The translations under genes and the position numbers were made by a program. Positions 41,155 to 54,578 of a DNA stretch of 64,000 nucleotides are shown here, piece after piece. The DNA lies in the NCBI GenBank assembly GCA_024137785.1, contig JAHRHZ010000009.1, positions 16,080,793 through 16,144,792 on the forward strand. Reading direction: 5' to 3'. This DNA comes from Ginglymostoma cirratum (lineage: Eukaryota). The notes below the pieces were generated by a model, which was given only the letters and a program-made list of their open reading frames with translations, searched no databases and was not told the origin of the DNA. Positions within the stretch are counted from its first letter, which is position 1; every line of letters starts with the position of its first letter.

Positions 41155-41480
41155 AAAAGGGATTGGAGTAAGCTACACAGTCTCTGAAACCTGTTCTATT
41201 ATTCAATAGCTGAACTTTTACTTCAACTTCATAGTCTCATCCAATGCCATTTCCTTGATTCCCATAGAGCCTAGCATCTATCAATTGCAACCTTGAACAC
41301 ACTAAAGGACTGAGCATCCACTATTCTCAGGGGGAGGTAATCCTGAAGATTCACAATCTTCTGAATGAAGAAGTTACTCTCTTAAATAGCCAAGCCCCTA
41401 TCCTGAGAATATGTCACAGATTCTAGCTTCTCTGGCCTGGGGCGAAACAACCTTTCAGCATCTATCCTGTCAAGCCCTTT
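41155..41480 (-). mobile_element. CR1 LINE 3' fragment
   Basis: Similar to the CR1 tails at 42160 and 49410 (e.g. GATTCACAATCTTCTGAATGAAGAAGTT). Confidence 0.6.
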
Positions 41481-41829
41481 TAGAATTTAAACAAATGTTT
41501 CATCTGAAGCTGTCCATAGTTTAAAAATGTCTTCATATTCAGGTATAACATTCCTGGACTTTTGACAGAATATTGAACTTGTACAGAGCAGAGAACTAGA
41601 ATTTGGGAAGGAATCAATTGAACATATCCTCTGTACTGTACAGAAAAAAAGGTGATTGACAATTAAAAATTAAGTTCTCTGTTTATTTTGGACAGAAACT
41701 GATGTGTTTTTTGCACTAGTTTGCATTTCACTAAGGTGTAATGAATGAAATAAAAGTACCTTCTTGAGACAAACATCACTTCTTTTAGATATCCATTTCT
41801 TCAGAAATAATCTAGTTATGTTCTCAATT

Positions 41830-42110
41830 GATAATACATTTGCCTCTGAATCATGAAGACTTTTGGGTTCAAGTGTCTGGAATAACTTCAGGTACAAACA
41901 TCAATACTGACACACCAATACAGTACCAAATGAGATTGTTCTGTCAGCTCTTTTTTTTTTTAAAAAAAAGGTCCTATTTCCCTGCTTGAATGGATATGAA
42001 AGATTCCATGTCTTTGCTGTGAAGATGACTAGGTGCCCTGGATAATATGAGTTCTTCAATTGCCATCACAAAAAAATAAAATAGATTATCTGGTCATTAA
42101 CACATCTTTA
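41830..42110 (+). mobile_element. DeuSINE (SacSINE1-like) fragment
   Basis: TGCCTCTGAATCA..GGGTTCAAGT head and a Deu-like core (GGATATGAAAGATTCCATG..GAAGA..GATTATCTGGTCATT). Confidence 0.55.
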
Positions 42111-42159
42111 AGATTTTTGCATAGAGTAGGCATTGCTGGCTGGACCAACATTATTAAGA

Positions 42160-45100
42160 AAATAACATATAGGAGCAGATGCGGGTCATAGCCAACTGAG
42201 TCTGCTCTGCCATTCAATGCTGACCTGGTAATTCTCAACTCGATTTTCCTGCCTTTCCCCTATCACCTTTGATTCCCCTATCAATTAAAATCTGTCAATC
42301 GCAGACTTAAAAACCCAGCCTCAATAGCCCTCTGTGGTAAAGAATGCTGCATTGACTGCCCTGTGAAAGAAAAAAAGTTCCTCCTCATCCCAGTCTTAAT
42401 TGGCCAATCCCTTATGCTCTGATGAAGAGTTATCTAGACTCAAAACATTAGCTTGTTCTCTCTCCATGGATTCTGTCTGATCCGCTGTGATCTCCAGCAT
42501 TTGTTATTTTCAGTATAGATTCCAGTATCTGCAGTGATTTGCTCCCCTTGTGCTAACATTAAGCCCTGTGGGCCTAAACTCTTCCAGAAGGGGAAACAAC
42601 ATTTTCACATCCGTCCTGTCACATCCCTTTACGAATCTAAACTCTAATGAGTACAAACCCAACTTGTTCAACTTTTCATCATAAGAAAATCCCACCATTC
42701 CGAAAGTCAACCTTGTAAATCTTTCCTGGATTGAATGCGTTGCCAGTATAGCTTTCCTTCGATAAAAGTCTAAACCTGTTCACAGTATTGCAGCTGCAGT
42801 CTGACGAGTGGCTTGAATAGTTTTATCAAGACCTCACAAGTTTTATACTCCATTCTCTTTGAAATAAAGGCAAACTGTGCACTTGCATCCCCTATTACCT
42901 GCAGAACTTGGATGCTACCTTTTGTGATTCATGCATGAGGACAACCAAATCCCTCTGTGATACAGCTTTCTGCAGTTTTACCCCATTTAAATAATATTCA
43001 GCTCTTCTAAGCTTTCTGCCAAAGTGCATAACCTCACATTTTCCCATATTATTTCCAATCTGCCAAGTTTCACTTAACCCTTTGCAAGACTCTTTGTGTC
43101 ATCCTCACTACTTGCCTGTCCACTAATTTTTGTGTCATCCATTAACTATGAAATAGTGCATTCACCTACCTTATCCAAGACATTAATACATGTTGTGAAT
43201 AATGTGCCTGCTGCGGTAATCCTGTGCCACTCCACTTATTATTGGTTGTCATTCTGAAAATATGTAATATGTAACTTACTGTCCATTTTTATAGCACTTG
43301 CTAGTTTTTCATCATGGCTTATTTTCTCCCTCTATTTGGTTTTTGGTCATATTTTATTGGCTTTTAAAACTTTTGCAATCCTCAGATTTACCAATAAGTA
43401 TTGCTACATTGATTGGCTACATTGTGTGTTTCCTTTCAGTTTGGTACTATCCTTGATTTCCTTGGTTAACCATGGTTAGTTTATTGCCTTCCTAGAGTCC
43501 TTCTTCCTCACCGGGATATATATTTGCTGTCAGTCAAGAACTATTTTCCTAAATATCTGTCATTGTTCCTCAAGCATCTTTTCTGCTAAACTTCTTTCCT
43601 AAAGCATTACAACGAGCACTGCCCTCATCCCTATGTAATTACCTTATTTAAATTTAACACAATTGTTTCTGACCCAAGTTTCTCACTCTCAAACTGCATG
43701 CCAACTCTACCATGTTATGGTCACAGAGAATCTTTTACTCTGAGATCATTTATTAAATCCAGCTGAATCACACATTACCAGATACAATCACTTATTGGAT
43801 CCACAATGTATTGTTCCAAGAAACTACCCTGTATGATCTCTATGAATTCTTCTTCATGTCTACCTTGGCCAATTTGATTTTCCCAATCTACCTGAAGATT
43901 AAAGTCGCCCATGATTAATGTACTGTATTTTTGGCATGGCCTCATTATCACCAGATATATTGTCTGTCAGCTACTGTTACTGGGCCTGTAGACTACTCTT
44001 AACAGTGATTTCTTCACCTTGTTATTTCTTATGTCCATCCATGTGGATTCTACTTCGTTTGATCCTAAATCATTACTTGTTACCTGACATATTCCATCTT
44101 GTATTATCAAATCTACCTTACTATTCTTCCATTCCTGTCCTTTCAAAAACTCACGTACTCCTGAATATTTAGTTCTCGGCTTTGATCACCTAGCAACTAT
44201 TTCTTCATAACTGCTGTTAGATGTTGCTAGTTAATCTCTACTTGCACCAGAATTGATTTATTTTGTTCTAAATACCACATGCATTTATGTAAAGTGTCAT
44301 TAATTATGCTGTTTTCCTTTTTAACCCGCTTTGACCCCATTTGTTGCTGTTGTTTACACTTTTCCATTCTGTTCCTCCCTTTTCTGTTCTACTCTGGGTA
44401 TTATAACCAAAATGGTTGCTCTGCAATGCTGCCATATCTTTTGCTTTATTTGCCTATGTATCCCTCCCTTCTGAATTTCCTCCCGTCTATTTAGTTTAAA
44501 GCCCTCATTACAACTAAATTTATTTGAGTTGACAGGAACCTGGTCATAACACGGTAGAAGTGAAGCCTGTCTGACTGAAACTGTTCCCCTCTACCCCAAT
44601 ACAGGTACAAGTGCTCCACGAACTGAAACCCATTCCTCCCATACCAATCTTTAAACAGTGTATTAAACGCCTTGACTTTATTTATTTTGTTCCAATTTCC
44701 CCATGGGTCAAGTAGTAATTCCAAGATTATTACCTTGGAGGTTCTGTTTTTAGTTTAGCATCTAAATGTTTAAAATCTTTTAGCAGAATTTCCTTTCCGG
44801 TCTGATTAATGTTATAAGTACTAATATGGACATCGACAACTGGATCCCTGTCTTTCCACTTAAAGTCACACCTCAGCCTTGACAAGGTGTCTATAAACAG
44901 GCAGGTAATGCTGCTGCAATTAATATTATCCATTCCCCTAATTATACTGTCCCTAACCAATACATTACTGCTTCGTATCCATACTTGAATGTCTCCCTGC
45001 ACCTTATGGTGTCATGATCAGTTCTCTCGTCCTCCCTGCAGTGCCATCTCTCATCACACATCTTGCAAGAACCTCATCACTGTTGGACAATTGTAGGAAG
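42160..45100 (-). mobile_element. Long decayed CR1 LINE (ORF2 remnants plus ORF1 esterase remnant), interrupted by a Penelope-type insert at 42415-42545
   Basis: ORF 42510-42710 SYDEKLNKLGLYSLEFR matches CR1 ORF2. ORFs 44491-45002 (DSIIRG...VVDVHISTYNI and WYGRNGFQF...DRLHF) match the SGNH esterase of CR1 ORF1. Confidence 0.75.
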
Positions 45101-45139
45101 TGAGTCTCCTTGAGAGCTGCCCCGAGAGTCCTCAGATCA

Positions 45140-46252
45140 TCACCATCACCTTCAACACCATTATCCCCTCCAATCTGATCTTAAAACTCCACAACCTTGA
45201 TCTCAGCTCCACCCTCTGCAACTGGATCCCCAGCTTTCTGACCCACAGACCGCAACCAGTGAAGATAGGTAACTGCACTCCTCCACAGTAACATTCAATA
45301 CTAGAGCCCCCTCCATGGATGTGTCCTCAGCCCCCTACTATACTCACTGTACACCCGCTGCAAATTCTAAATGAATGGCATCTACAAGTTCACTGACGAC
45401 ACCACCATAGTGGGATGGATATCTAACAATGTCAAAATACAGAAGGGACATAGAGGACTTGGTGATGTGGTGCAATGAGAACAACCTCTCTCTCTCTTTT
45501 AACTTTGGCAAAACTAAAGAACATTGACATCAGAAAGAAAGGAGGAGAACATTCCCCCATCTTCAGCAATGGAACTGAGGTTGAGAGGGTGGAGAGCATC
45601 AAGTTCCTTTGAGTGACGACAACCGACAATCTGTCCTGGAATTCCCATGTAGATGCGACAGTCAAGAAAGCACAGAAATGCGTCTTCTTCCTCAGGCGGC
45701 TCAGGAAATTTGGCATGTCCATAAGGTCCCGCACCAACTTCTACAGATGCAACATTGAAAACATCTGTCCAGGTGCATAATGGCCTGATATGGCAACTGC
45801 TCTGCCCAGGACCGTAAGAAACTACAGAAGTTTGTGTGCCCAGCCTAGACCATCATGGAAGCCAACCTTCCAGCCATGGACTCCATTTGCATGGCTCACT
45901 TCTGCAGGAAGAATGCCAACATCATCAAAGACCCATCGCACCCTGGTAATGATCTCCTGCAACCTCTTCCATCACACAGAAGATACAGAAGCCTGAACAC
46001 ACACATCAGTTGGTTCAGGAATAGATTCTTCCCAGCTGTTAGACAGATGAATGGACTCTTGAGCCTCAAATAATGCTGATCTTGCCAACGTTGATCTCAC
46101 CTAGTGCACACCCTGTGGAATGTTACTTGTTTGCCTCTATCTAAGTCTTTTTGATCTGTACATCCTTGCTTGCAATGATCTCCCTGTACGGATCATAAAC
46201 AAAGCTTTTCACTGTACTTCAGTACACATGAGAATAAATCAATCAATCAATA
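45140..46252 (+). mobile_element. 5'-truncated LINE (Rex1/Babar-like) with RT remnant and (ATCA)n tail
   Basis: [55 protein letters not shown] and KKAQKCVFFLRRLRKFG. Ends in AATAAATCAATCAATCAAT. Confidence 0.85.
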
Positions 46253-46769
46253 TCTGCCTCACCAACAATCACACCCTCCTATCCTCAGTCACAGACCAAC
46301 TTTGAATTACCTAATCTAAGGAGTGGGAATACCACATGAACCAAAGTGTCCAGGTAATTTTCAGCCTCCTAATGTGGTTCAGCTTAGACTACACCTTCTC
46401 AATATAGATCCAAAGTTGCTTGAAGTGCAAAACACAGAACACAGATATGTTCACTGTGGATCACCTTAACGTCCAGCAGTTGCAACACATCACCATTCTA
46501 TCTGCTATATACTGTATTATTTAAGTTACTAATTATATCACTTGAGTATTCTTGCTCTTTACACGTGGAAAATCCAACTCTGAACACTTTTTTGTATTTT
46601 CCCTTTTTTCAAATACAGTAGTATAATCTTACACTTAACAAGCATTTTATAAGAAAAAGAGAGAGAAAAAAGACTGGAGAGCTAAACACAAGCTAAAGTC
46701 ATTACTTTTACATGAAAGACTAGAAATAGTTACCAATTAGCTGCTTTTCTTTGATAAAAAGACAAACTC

Positions 46770-46975
46770 GCTGCAGTGGTAACGGACCATAGGACTACTT
46801 TCTCATTAGAGAGAGATGACTGATAGGCACCTTAACCTAAGGATCACCATACCTCAGGCAAGGGGAAGAGATTGAGAAGGGAAACCTCTTATGGTAACTC
46901 AGTCAGCATAGGAATTGAACTGTTATAGTTGGTATCACTTTGCGTTGCAAGCAGCTCTCCAACCAACTGAGCTAC
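46770..46975 (-). mobile_element. tRNA-derived SINE
   Basis: Minus strand begins TAGCTCAGTTGG (A-box) with GTTCAATTCC (B-box) and a roughly 200 bp body. Confidence 0.7.
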
Positions 46976-47469
46976 AGCTCTTGGCTTACTCCAATGAGCT
47001 GCTGGAGACACTCAGCCCCAGCATGTTAGTGTGAGTTGCATTAAGTTGGGCATTTATATATACACCCAGCAGAAAGGTCCGAGCCAGTTAATGAGGATCC
47101 TATTTCAACCAATTCTTGAATCAGCTGCTCTTTCATTGCACCACTTGAAAATAAACGTGTTCAAAGTCCACAAGCACAACACTTTATACCATGGATTTGC
47201 ACAAATTAAAGTTTTAGTTACTTTCTTTCCCATCAAATGCATGCTCTTAGTCATTCCTATTTTCCCTTGAGAAATTAATGAGCCACCTTATTGGTGTAAT
47301 GCAGTACCTGTGATTTAGGAGCACCTACCAGGCTGTTAGGAAGGGACTTTATGGATTTTGACCCAGTGACACTGAAAGAACAGTAATAAAGTTCTAAGTA
47401 AGGATGGATAGTTACTTGGTGGGGTGTTTGCAAGTGTCAATTTGCCACGCAGCTGTTAGTGAGATTTTT

Positions 47470-47595
47470 CTCAGTCCAAATTGGTTGCCTCATTTCCCAT
47501 ATTGCAACAATGACTACACTTCAGAAAGTATTTCACTGACTGTAAAGTGCTTTGAGATTTGTGATGGTAAATGTGTTGTATAAATGGAGGTCTTG
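47470..47595 (+). mobile_element. DeuSINE-type 3' tail fragment
   Basis: CAAATTGGTTGCC..CAACAATGACTACACTTCAGAAAGTATTTCACTGACTGTAAAGTGCTTTG. Confidence 0.6.
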
Positions 47596-48390
47596 ATTTC
47601 TTTTTACTGAAGCAAATGGACTGTATGTAGCAAATCAAAACTTTCTGATAATATGACAATATGCCATAGAAATGCAGGAGTTTCAATTTCTCCTCTTTAT
47701 TCAGATGCACTTAAGCAACAACCTAACTGGGTTCAAATGAAGTGGAGTGGAATCACCAATATCAGAAACTTCAGTATTGCTTCCTAGAAAATACTCGTGA
47801 CTTTCTTGGCATGATTGACAGGAGGTTGAGAATTGGCATTAAGAAATGCCTTAACAAATTGGCAGAATTTAACTCTTATAAACATTCTGAACTGAAAGGG
47901 AATTGTATTCCACCCAGGAAAGGATCCCCACTTCTTTACAACAACGGAAAGGATGCACCCAAATATTTATACTTCCAAGTGAGGAAAGATGAACTGGTTC
48001 TCTTTTTCTTATTCAACCCCCTCCCTCAGCTGTTTCAACAATGTTAGTGTAGAGAGTATCCCTTCCCTCGTGAATATCTCTTGCCAATTCAAATATATTC
48101 ATGATTGAAAAGGAAGCAATTTAACCAGGATTTCTTGAGTTAAAGAAAGAGTGAGTTTATTAGGTACAAAAATGTGGGAAAAGTTAATAAAACATGACAC
48201 ACGGGTTAGAAATGAGAGGTGAGTCCAAAAATAAAAGTAATAGAAGAGAATATACAAACCAGTCTTTGGTCTGTTCATGATGAATAGATTGTGAAACATT
48301 GCAGGAGTGAAGATAAATGATTGTAGTAGCACTGATTTTGGCAGTTGAGTAGTTGGTCCAGTGTCCTTCAACAGTGGCTTTTCTGACTTA

Positions 48391-48480
48391 AGGTGTGGAG
48401 CTGGATGAAGACCGCAGGCCAGGCAACATCAGAGGAGCAGGAAAGCTGACGTTTCGGGTCTGGACCCTTCTTCAGAAATT
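48391..48480 (-). mobile_element. Penelope-type pseudo-LTR fragment with intact hammerhead-like core
   Basis: Minus strand reads CTGAAGA-A-GGGTC-CA-GACCC-GAAAC-GTC-AGCT. Confidence 0.65.
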
Positions 48481-48914
48481 TCAATAATATTTCCAGGGGA
48501 AACACACCTATACACGAGAAAGTATTAGATGCTCAAATTTGGCTTTCTTGAAATCTGTTACAGTAACCAGTAAATATTATCTGAACCTTTAGAGAACTAA
48601 ATGTCATAGGAGTGGAGAGAAAGTGGGGTGGGTGTAGAACTGAAGTGATGTTGCTCATTTTCCATCTATTGTGTCTATAATCTGGAGTATGCAATTATAA
48701 TAAAATGAGCACAATTTAAAAATGATTACCAAGTTAATAAAGAGTTAATAAACCTATCCAGATTTACTTTCCCATTAATGGTAAGAAAGATATTGCAAAT
48801 ATTTATGTTTCATGTCCAAACACCTTGTGAAAAGTTATCTCAGAGATGCACAGAGCACAGAAGAAGGTACTTTGGCCTATCATGCTGGGCTGATTCTTCA
48901 AAACTTGGAGGCTG

Positions 48915-49085
48915 GTACAATTACAACATTCAAATGTCATCTGGATGGGTACATGAATAGGAGGGTTTAGAGGGATATGGGCCAAACACTGGCAAATGGG
49001 GCTAGTTTAATTTAGGATATCTGGTCAGCATGAATTGGACTAAAGGGTCTGTTTCAATGCTGTATAGCTCGATGGCTCTCTGATT
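48915..49085 (+). mobile_element. CR1/HER1 LINE 3' tail
   Basis: GATGGGTACATGAATAGGAGGGTTTAGAGGGATATGGGCCAAA..GGGTCTGTTTC, similar to the 512-985 element. Confidence 0.75.
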
Positions 49086-49194
49086 ACAACGAAGTGCCAG
49101 TGTTTTTGCTCCATTGTATTCAATTAACATGAAGGTTCAGCACCTCAGGATGGGCTAGAGGAGTTAGGCAGCAGTTGAAAAGGACTACAGAGAG

Positions 49195-49370
49195 AACCTA
49201 TACTTGCATAGTGCCTTTCACAATCTCAGGAAAGTCCAACGTTTCTTATTGTAGATGAAATATATTTTATGTATTTAATGCAGGAGATATAGCAGCCAAT
49301 TAGCACACAGCAAAGATCCCACAAACAGCAATATGATAATGATCAGATCATCTGTTTCAGTTGGTTGAAC
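49195..49370 (-). mobile_element. DeuSINE-type fragment
   Basis: TAGTGCCTTTCACAATCTCAGG..GCAGCCAATTAGCACACAGCAAAGATCCCACAAACAGCAAT. Confidence 0.6.
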
Positions 49371-49409
49371 TATGAATACGGGTGAGGCTAAGAGAGAGAA
49401 AATATTTCT

Positions 49410-51530
49410 GTTCTGAGCATAAGAGTTGGGAAGAGAAATAGGCTATCTGGCTCCTGAAGCCTATTCCGTCATTTGAGAAAATCAGGCCTGACCTGCTTAT
49501 GAGTGGAACTCGACATTCCTGCCTACTCCTGATGTCATTTTGAGTCCCGTGTCAGTCAAGAAGCAATCTAACTCAGTCTTAACAATATTCAGACCCAGGC
49601 ACTGCTGCTGTCTGGAGAAGAATATTCCACATGCTAAAGACCCTCTGAAGAACAAATTTCTCCCTATTTCCATCTTATCTAGGAAAGCCCTTTTTTTTAG
49701 ACAGTATTCCTTAGTTCTAGTCTCTCTTATAAGGAGAAACAAACTTTCAATAACCACTCTGTAAAGTTCTCTGGGATCTTATATGATTCAATAAAATCAT
49801 TTCTCATTCTTCTGAGCTCAAGCGGAGTCAGGTCTGTGTTGTTCAACCTTTTCTCATAATATAATTTCATCAATTCAGCAATCAGTTGAGTGAAACCTCT
49901 CTGTACTGTTTTAATTGAATCCTTTCCTAACTAAGGACACCAAAATCATAACTGGTACTCCAGATGAAGTTCATCAACAATTATAGCAAAACTCCCCTCT
50001 TATCATATTCCATTTCCCTTGCTGAACCTGTATACTAGCTTTCTGTGATCCCTCTGTGCAACGTTCTGCAATCTCACTCCATTTAAACGATATACTGCTT
50101 TTCTATTCTTCCTGCCAAAGTGGCAGGTTCACGTGTACTATTTTATACTTTATCTGCAAATTTTTTTGCCCACTCATTTAATGCATATATATCTTTTTGC
50201 AGACTATTCATGTTCTCATCACAAGCCACTCTCTCTCCTACCACACTTTGTGCTGTCTGCAAATTTGTCAACCATACATTTAGGCTCTTTATCCAATTAA
50301 ATGATAGAGATTATAAATAGTTGAGGCCACAGAGCTGACCGAACTGGTTACATCTTGCTAACGCAAAAATGACCCACTTACTCCTACCTCTGCATCCTGT
50401 TATCTTATTAATACTCTATACACGCTGGCATGCTATAACCTATACCATAATTCTGTGTGATAATTTTTGATATAGGAAATAATGGGAGAATCTCAAGATG
50501 GCAGGCTGTGGTTAGTGGTGTACCACAAGGGTCAGTGGTTAAGCTTCAGGTGCTATTAAACTATACCAATGATGTGGGGACAAAATGTAACCTTTCCCAG
50601 TTTGCAGATGATATGAAACTAGCTGAATACTTGTATGTAAGGATGATTCAAAGACATTTAAAGTGGATTTGGACAGCGGAGTGAGTGGGCAGGAACACAG
50701 CAAGTGGAACATAAGGTGAATTAAGTGAGAAGTTATTCGCTTTGGAAGGAGGAACACAGGTGCAGAATATTTCTTAAGTGATGAGAGATTATATACAGAG
50801 TCTATGTTGAAAGGGCCTGGGTGTCCTTTCTTAACAGTTGCACAATCCTGAATGAGATAGCAAGTACTGCTGATGCTGGAGTCAGAGATAACACAGTGTG
50901 GAGCTGGAGGAACACAGCAGGCCAGATAGCATCAGAGGAGCAGGAAAGTTGAGGTTTTGGGTCAGGACCCTTCTTCAGAAAGATCCTTTTTCTGAAGAAG
51001 GGTCCCGACCCGAAACCTCAACTTTCCTGTCTTTCACAAAACCATATTGACTCTGCCTAATAACATTATGATTTTCTCAGTGCCCTGCTTTAACCTCCAG
51101 CATAACAGATTCAAGTATTCTCCTGTGACAGATGGTAGGCTGACTGCTCTGTAGTTTCATGCTATCAGTTTCCCTCTTTACTTGAATAGAGGAGTTGCAT
51201 TTACCATTTTCCGACATGAAAGGATATTTCCAGAATCTAGGCAAGTTTGGAAAATTTCTATCTACCATCTAAAAGAAATTTATTTCATGGTCCTGGAATG
51301 ATATCCATCAGAGACTGGCCGCATGTCAGCGTTCAGTTCTAATAATTTTCTCAGGCCCTTGCCCTGTAATTGTTTTAATTCCTTTCCTTTCAGCTGTTGA
51401 TTTTTAAGTATTTCTGGGATGTGCTTTGTTTATTCTCGCATTCCTTTGTTTCTCAAGATTATTACCCCAGATTCACTTTCTAGAGAACTAATGCTCACTT
51501 TGATTAATCTTTTCCGATGTGCCATGGCAC
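49410..51530. mobile_element. Nested CR1 fragments on both strands, with an inverted Penelope-type insert at 50861-51029
   Basis: Minus-strand ORF 49497-49757 is CR1 C-terminus-like. Plus-strand ORF 50457-50684 WQAVVSGVPQGSV..QFADDMKL is RT core. Minus-strand ORF 51077-51268 is CR1-like. Confidence 0.75.
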
Positions 51531-54189
51531 TTTTTTAAATCCACCCGATAAGGCGTCTTCTTTTGAGACTTGGTTCTAGTTGGGATAGGGCCGACAGCGA
51601 TTTGAAGCTCAGTTGTACTGAAAATGTAAGGTTTTTTCTAGTGCATATCTGGAAGTGCTTTTGAGAAAACTAAGAAAACATACATGATAGTGTATAAAGT
51701 GAGTGTTACGCAGAACTTGTTTCAGTGTATACAAGTGTGTGTTTGACAGTTGTAAGAAAAGACTGCATGTGAGACATTATGGCATGCTGTCATTCAATGC
51801 TGGCAGTGCAAATAAAATGAAATGAAACCAAGAGAGGATAAAAGAGGTTCTAAACAAACAGATGTTCAGGGGCAGATGGATTTTAGCACAGAGTGCTGAG
51901 AGAAATTGGAGTGGACATTGTTAGGGACTGACAATCTATCATGAGAGAATCATTTTGGACGCAGGGAACAGATCAAGTTGGAATGCATATTCAAGAAGAA
52001 TGACCAAAAAAAAGATGCCAGCAATTTACATGCCCTTTCCTGTGTAAGATATTGCAATTTAAAATCATGGGCAAAACTGAGGATAATTTTTTCAATAATA
52101 ACAGAGTAAACAGCAGCCAACTTGGTTTCACAATGAAAAGATCCTAAGAAATCTTCTTAACTTGTTTGAAGGATTGACGACTCATGAATAGTTGGAAATC
52201 TTATGATATCCTATGCACAGGCTTCCAAAAATTGAGGCAATTCAGCGTAAATCTTGGGAATGGAGAAGAAAATAGCTGAAAGAGTAGAAAACAGCATTTT
52301 AAAATAAAATCTGAAGATGCTGATCATTGCAGCAAAGCCATAATTATTTTTATTACCCTGAAAAGATGGTGATGTGCCTTCTCCTTTAACGACAGTTGCC
52401 TATTGTACTTACTGTGCTTCACATGGGGGAGTGAAATATGGAATTTTAGAATCCAGATGCAATGAAGGAAACATAATGTGTATCCATATCAGGATGTTGT
52501 ATGACATTGAGATGACAGTATTCTCTGAGTCCTGTTATGCATGATATTCTTGGTGTTAGAGATCTTACAACTACGAAACGCTCTTGAAATTAGCTTGGTG
52601 AGTTGCTGCAGTGCATCTTGCAGCATGGAATTTGATGGAGGTGAAACTTGATAGAGGAGTTGTATTGGATGAGATTTGTTGTGGTGAATTTGAGTGCAGT
52701 ACCCAAGGGACTAGCATCAGAACCACCACTATTGATAATACATGTTAATTAATGACTTGGATTCTGAAAACAGAATACAAATTGGTCAAACATGCACCAA
52801 ACAAGCACCAAACCAGACTAGCAGTGGAGTCAAGGGAGACAGCTCAAAAATTACAGGGTTAATTAAACAAAATTCATAAGTGAGTAGATTCATGGCAGAA
52901 AAAGGCAAAATGTAAATATAACAAACATTAGATGTCAATCAGACATATAACTTAAGTTTGTTTGCTTTTGAATTGATGGATTTGGCACAATCGTCAAGGA
53001 AACCAATCATTGATTTCTTTGAATGTTAAAAAGACTGTATGGGGGCAACTTTTACAGAATGCAGTAGGAGGACACCCATTGGATCAGGTGGAATGCTGAT
53101 TTTAAATTTCATCAATTGTGCCAAAGCTATCTGACCAGTCAGGAAACCAACAAGATTGGAAGGGTTTAGGCCCGAAACGTCAAGTTTTCCTGCTCCTATG
53201 ATGCTGCTTGACCTGCTGTGTTCATCCAGCCCCATGCTTGTTATCTAAGATTGGATGCACTATTGGCTTTACACATCCTTCTGATTTTTATCAACATTGA
53301 AACCAATGAGTAACATTGGAGAAATAGAAAATCTGTTGCACTTGATACTGTATGTTTTGCTGCAGTGAGTTAGGGTGAAACTTTTTCTATATGTCAAGAG
53401 TATAACAGTGTGTCTTTGACCAAGTCTTAGATCATCTGGTCTAATATCTTTGAATGTGGTTCAGTGTCAAATTTGACTTTTTAAATCTCCTGTGAAGTGC
53501 CTTGGGTCATGGTTTTGTAATAAAGGCATATTATAAATGCAACCTGTTGTTGTTGCATATTGGCAGTGTGCATGATAGAGTACAAGTAAGACACAGTACA
53601 AAAACATGCAAGTGAAAGACCATGGGTGTTTCAGAAAATGGGCAAGAAAGTGAATGTGAGAGGATGTACGTGAGAGGAAGAGTGTGAAAATGAAATATGA
53701 ATGTATGCCAAAAAGGATGCATCCAAATAAAGTAATGAAGTCTCAGAGTACATGTTAAAGAATCTGAGGGCATGAGAAAGTGAGTGAATTGTGATAATCA
53801 GAAAGTGTGACAGAGAATATATACCCGTAAGTGTGCCTGACAGTGTGTGATTATCAGTGTCTGTATTAATGTCTGTAACTGAGACAGTATGAGAGAAAAG
53901 GACTATGTAAAAGAGCATATATGTGAGAATATATCTATAAGACACAAGCCTGAACATTCCAGTCGCACATCCACTCTGGAAGGTACACAGAGATCCAGCT
54001 TCTGCCCAGCTGACTTTGGGAATGCTGTGTTAGAGAATGTGCAAAAGAGCATTTGTGAGTGAATATGTGTATAGGAGAATAGAGTGCAACTGTGAGTGAT
54101 ACTGTTAGAATATATTCTATTTTAGAGGACAGCACAAGGTGATCTGAAAATAAGTGTATGAGACCATGTACACAAGTGGGATAGGGGAA

Positions 54190-54578
54190 CAATGGTAAGG
54201 TCATTGGACTAGTAATCCAAAACCCCAGATTAATGCTCTGGGGTCACTGGTTCCAATCCCACCATGGCACTGAGTGGAATATGGAATCAATTAATAAAAA
54301 TCAATTAAAGGGCAGCACGTTGGCTCACTCGTGCCTCACCGCATGCAGGACCCAGGTTTGACTCTAGCCTTAGGTGACCATCTGTGGGGAGTTTGAATGT
54401 TCTTCCCTTTTCTGTGTGAGTTCCATTGGATACTCAGGTTTCCTCCCACTGTCCAAAGATGTGCAGGTTAGGTGGATTGGCCATGGCAAATGTCGGTCAG
54501 AGTGAGATGATTTTTGAAGGTGTTGGTACAGACTTGATGGGCTGAATGGCCTCTTTCTGCACTCTAGGGATTCTATGA
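54190..54578 (+). mobile_element. Tandem SINEs: a tRNA-derived head (54190-54300) followed by an HE1-type SINE (54309-54578)
   Basis: GGTTCCAATCCCACCATGGCA B-box region; then GGGCAGCACGTTGGCTCA..CCCAGGTTTGACTC..GATGTGCAGGTTAGGTGGATTGGCCATG, matching the 2871 copy. Confidence 0.8.
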
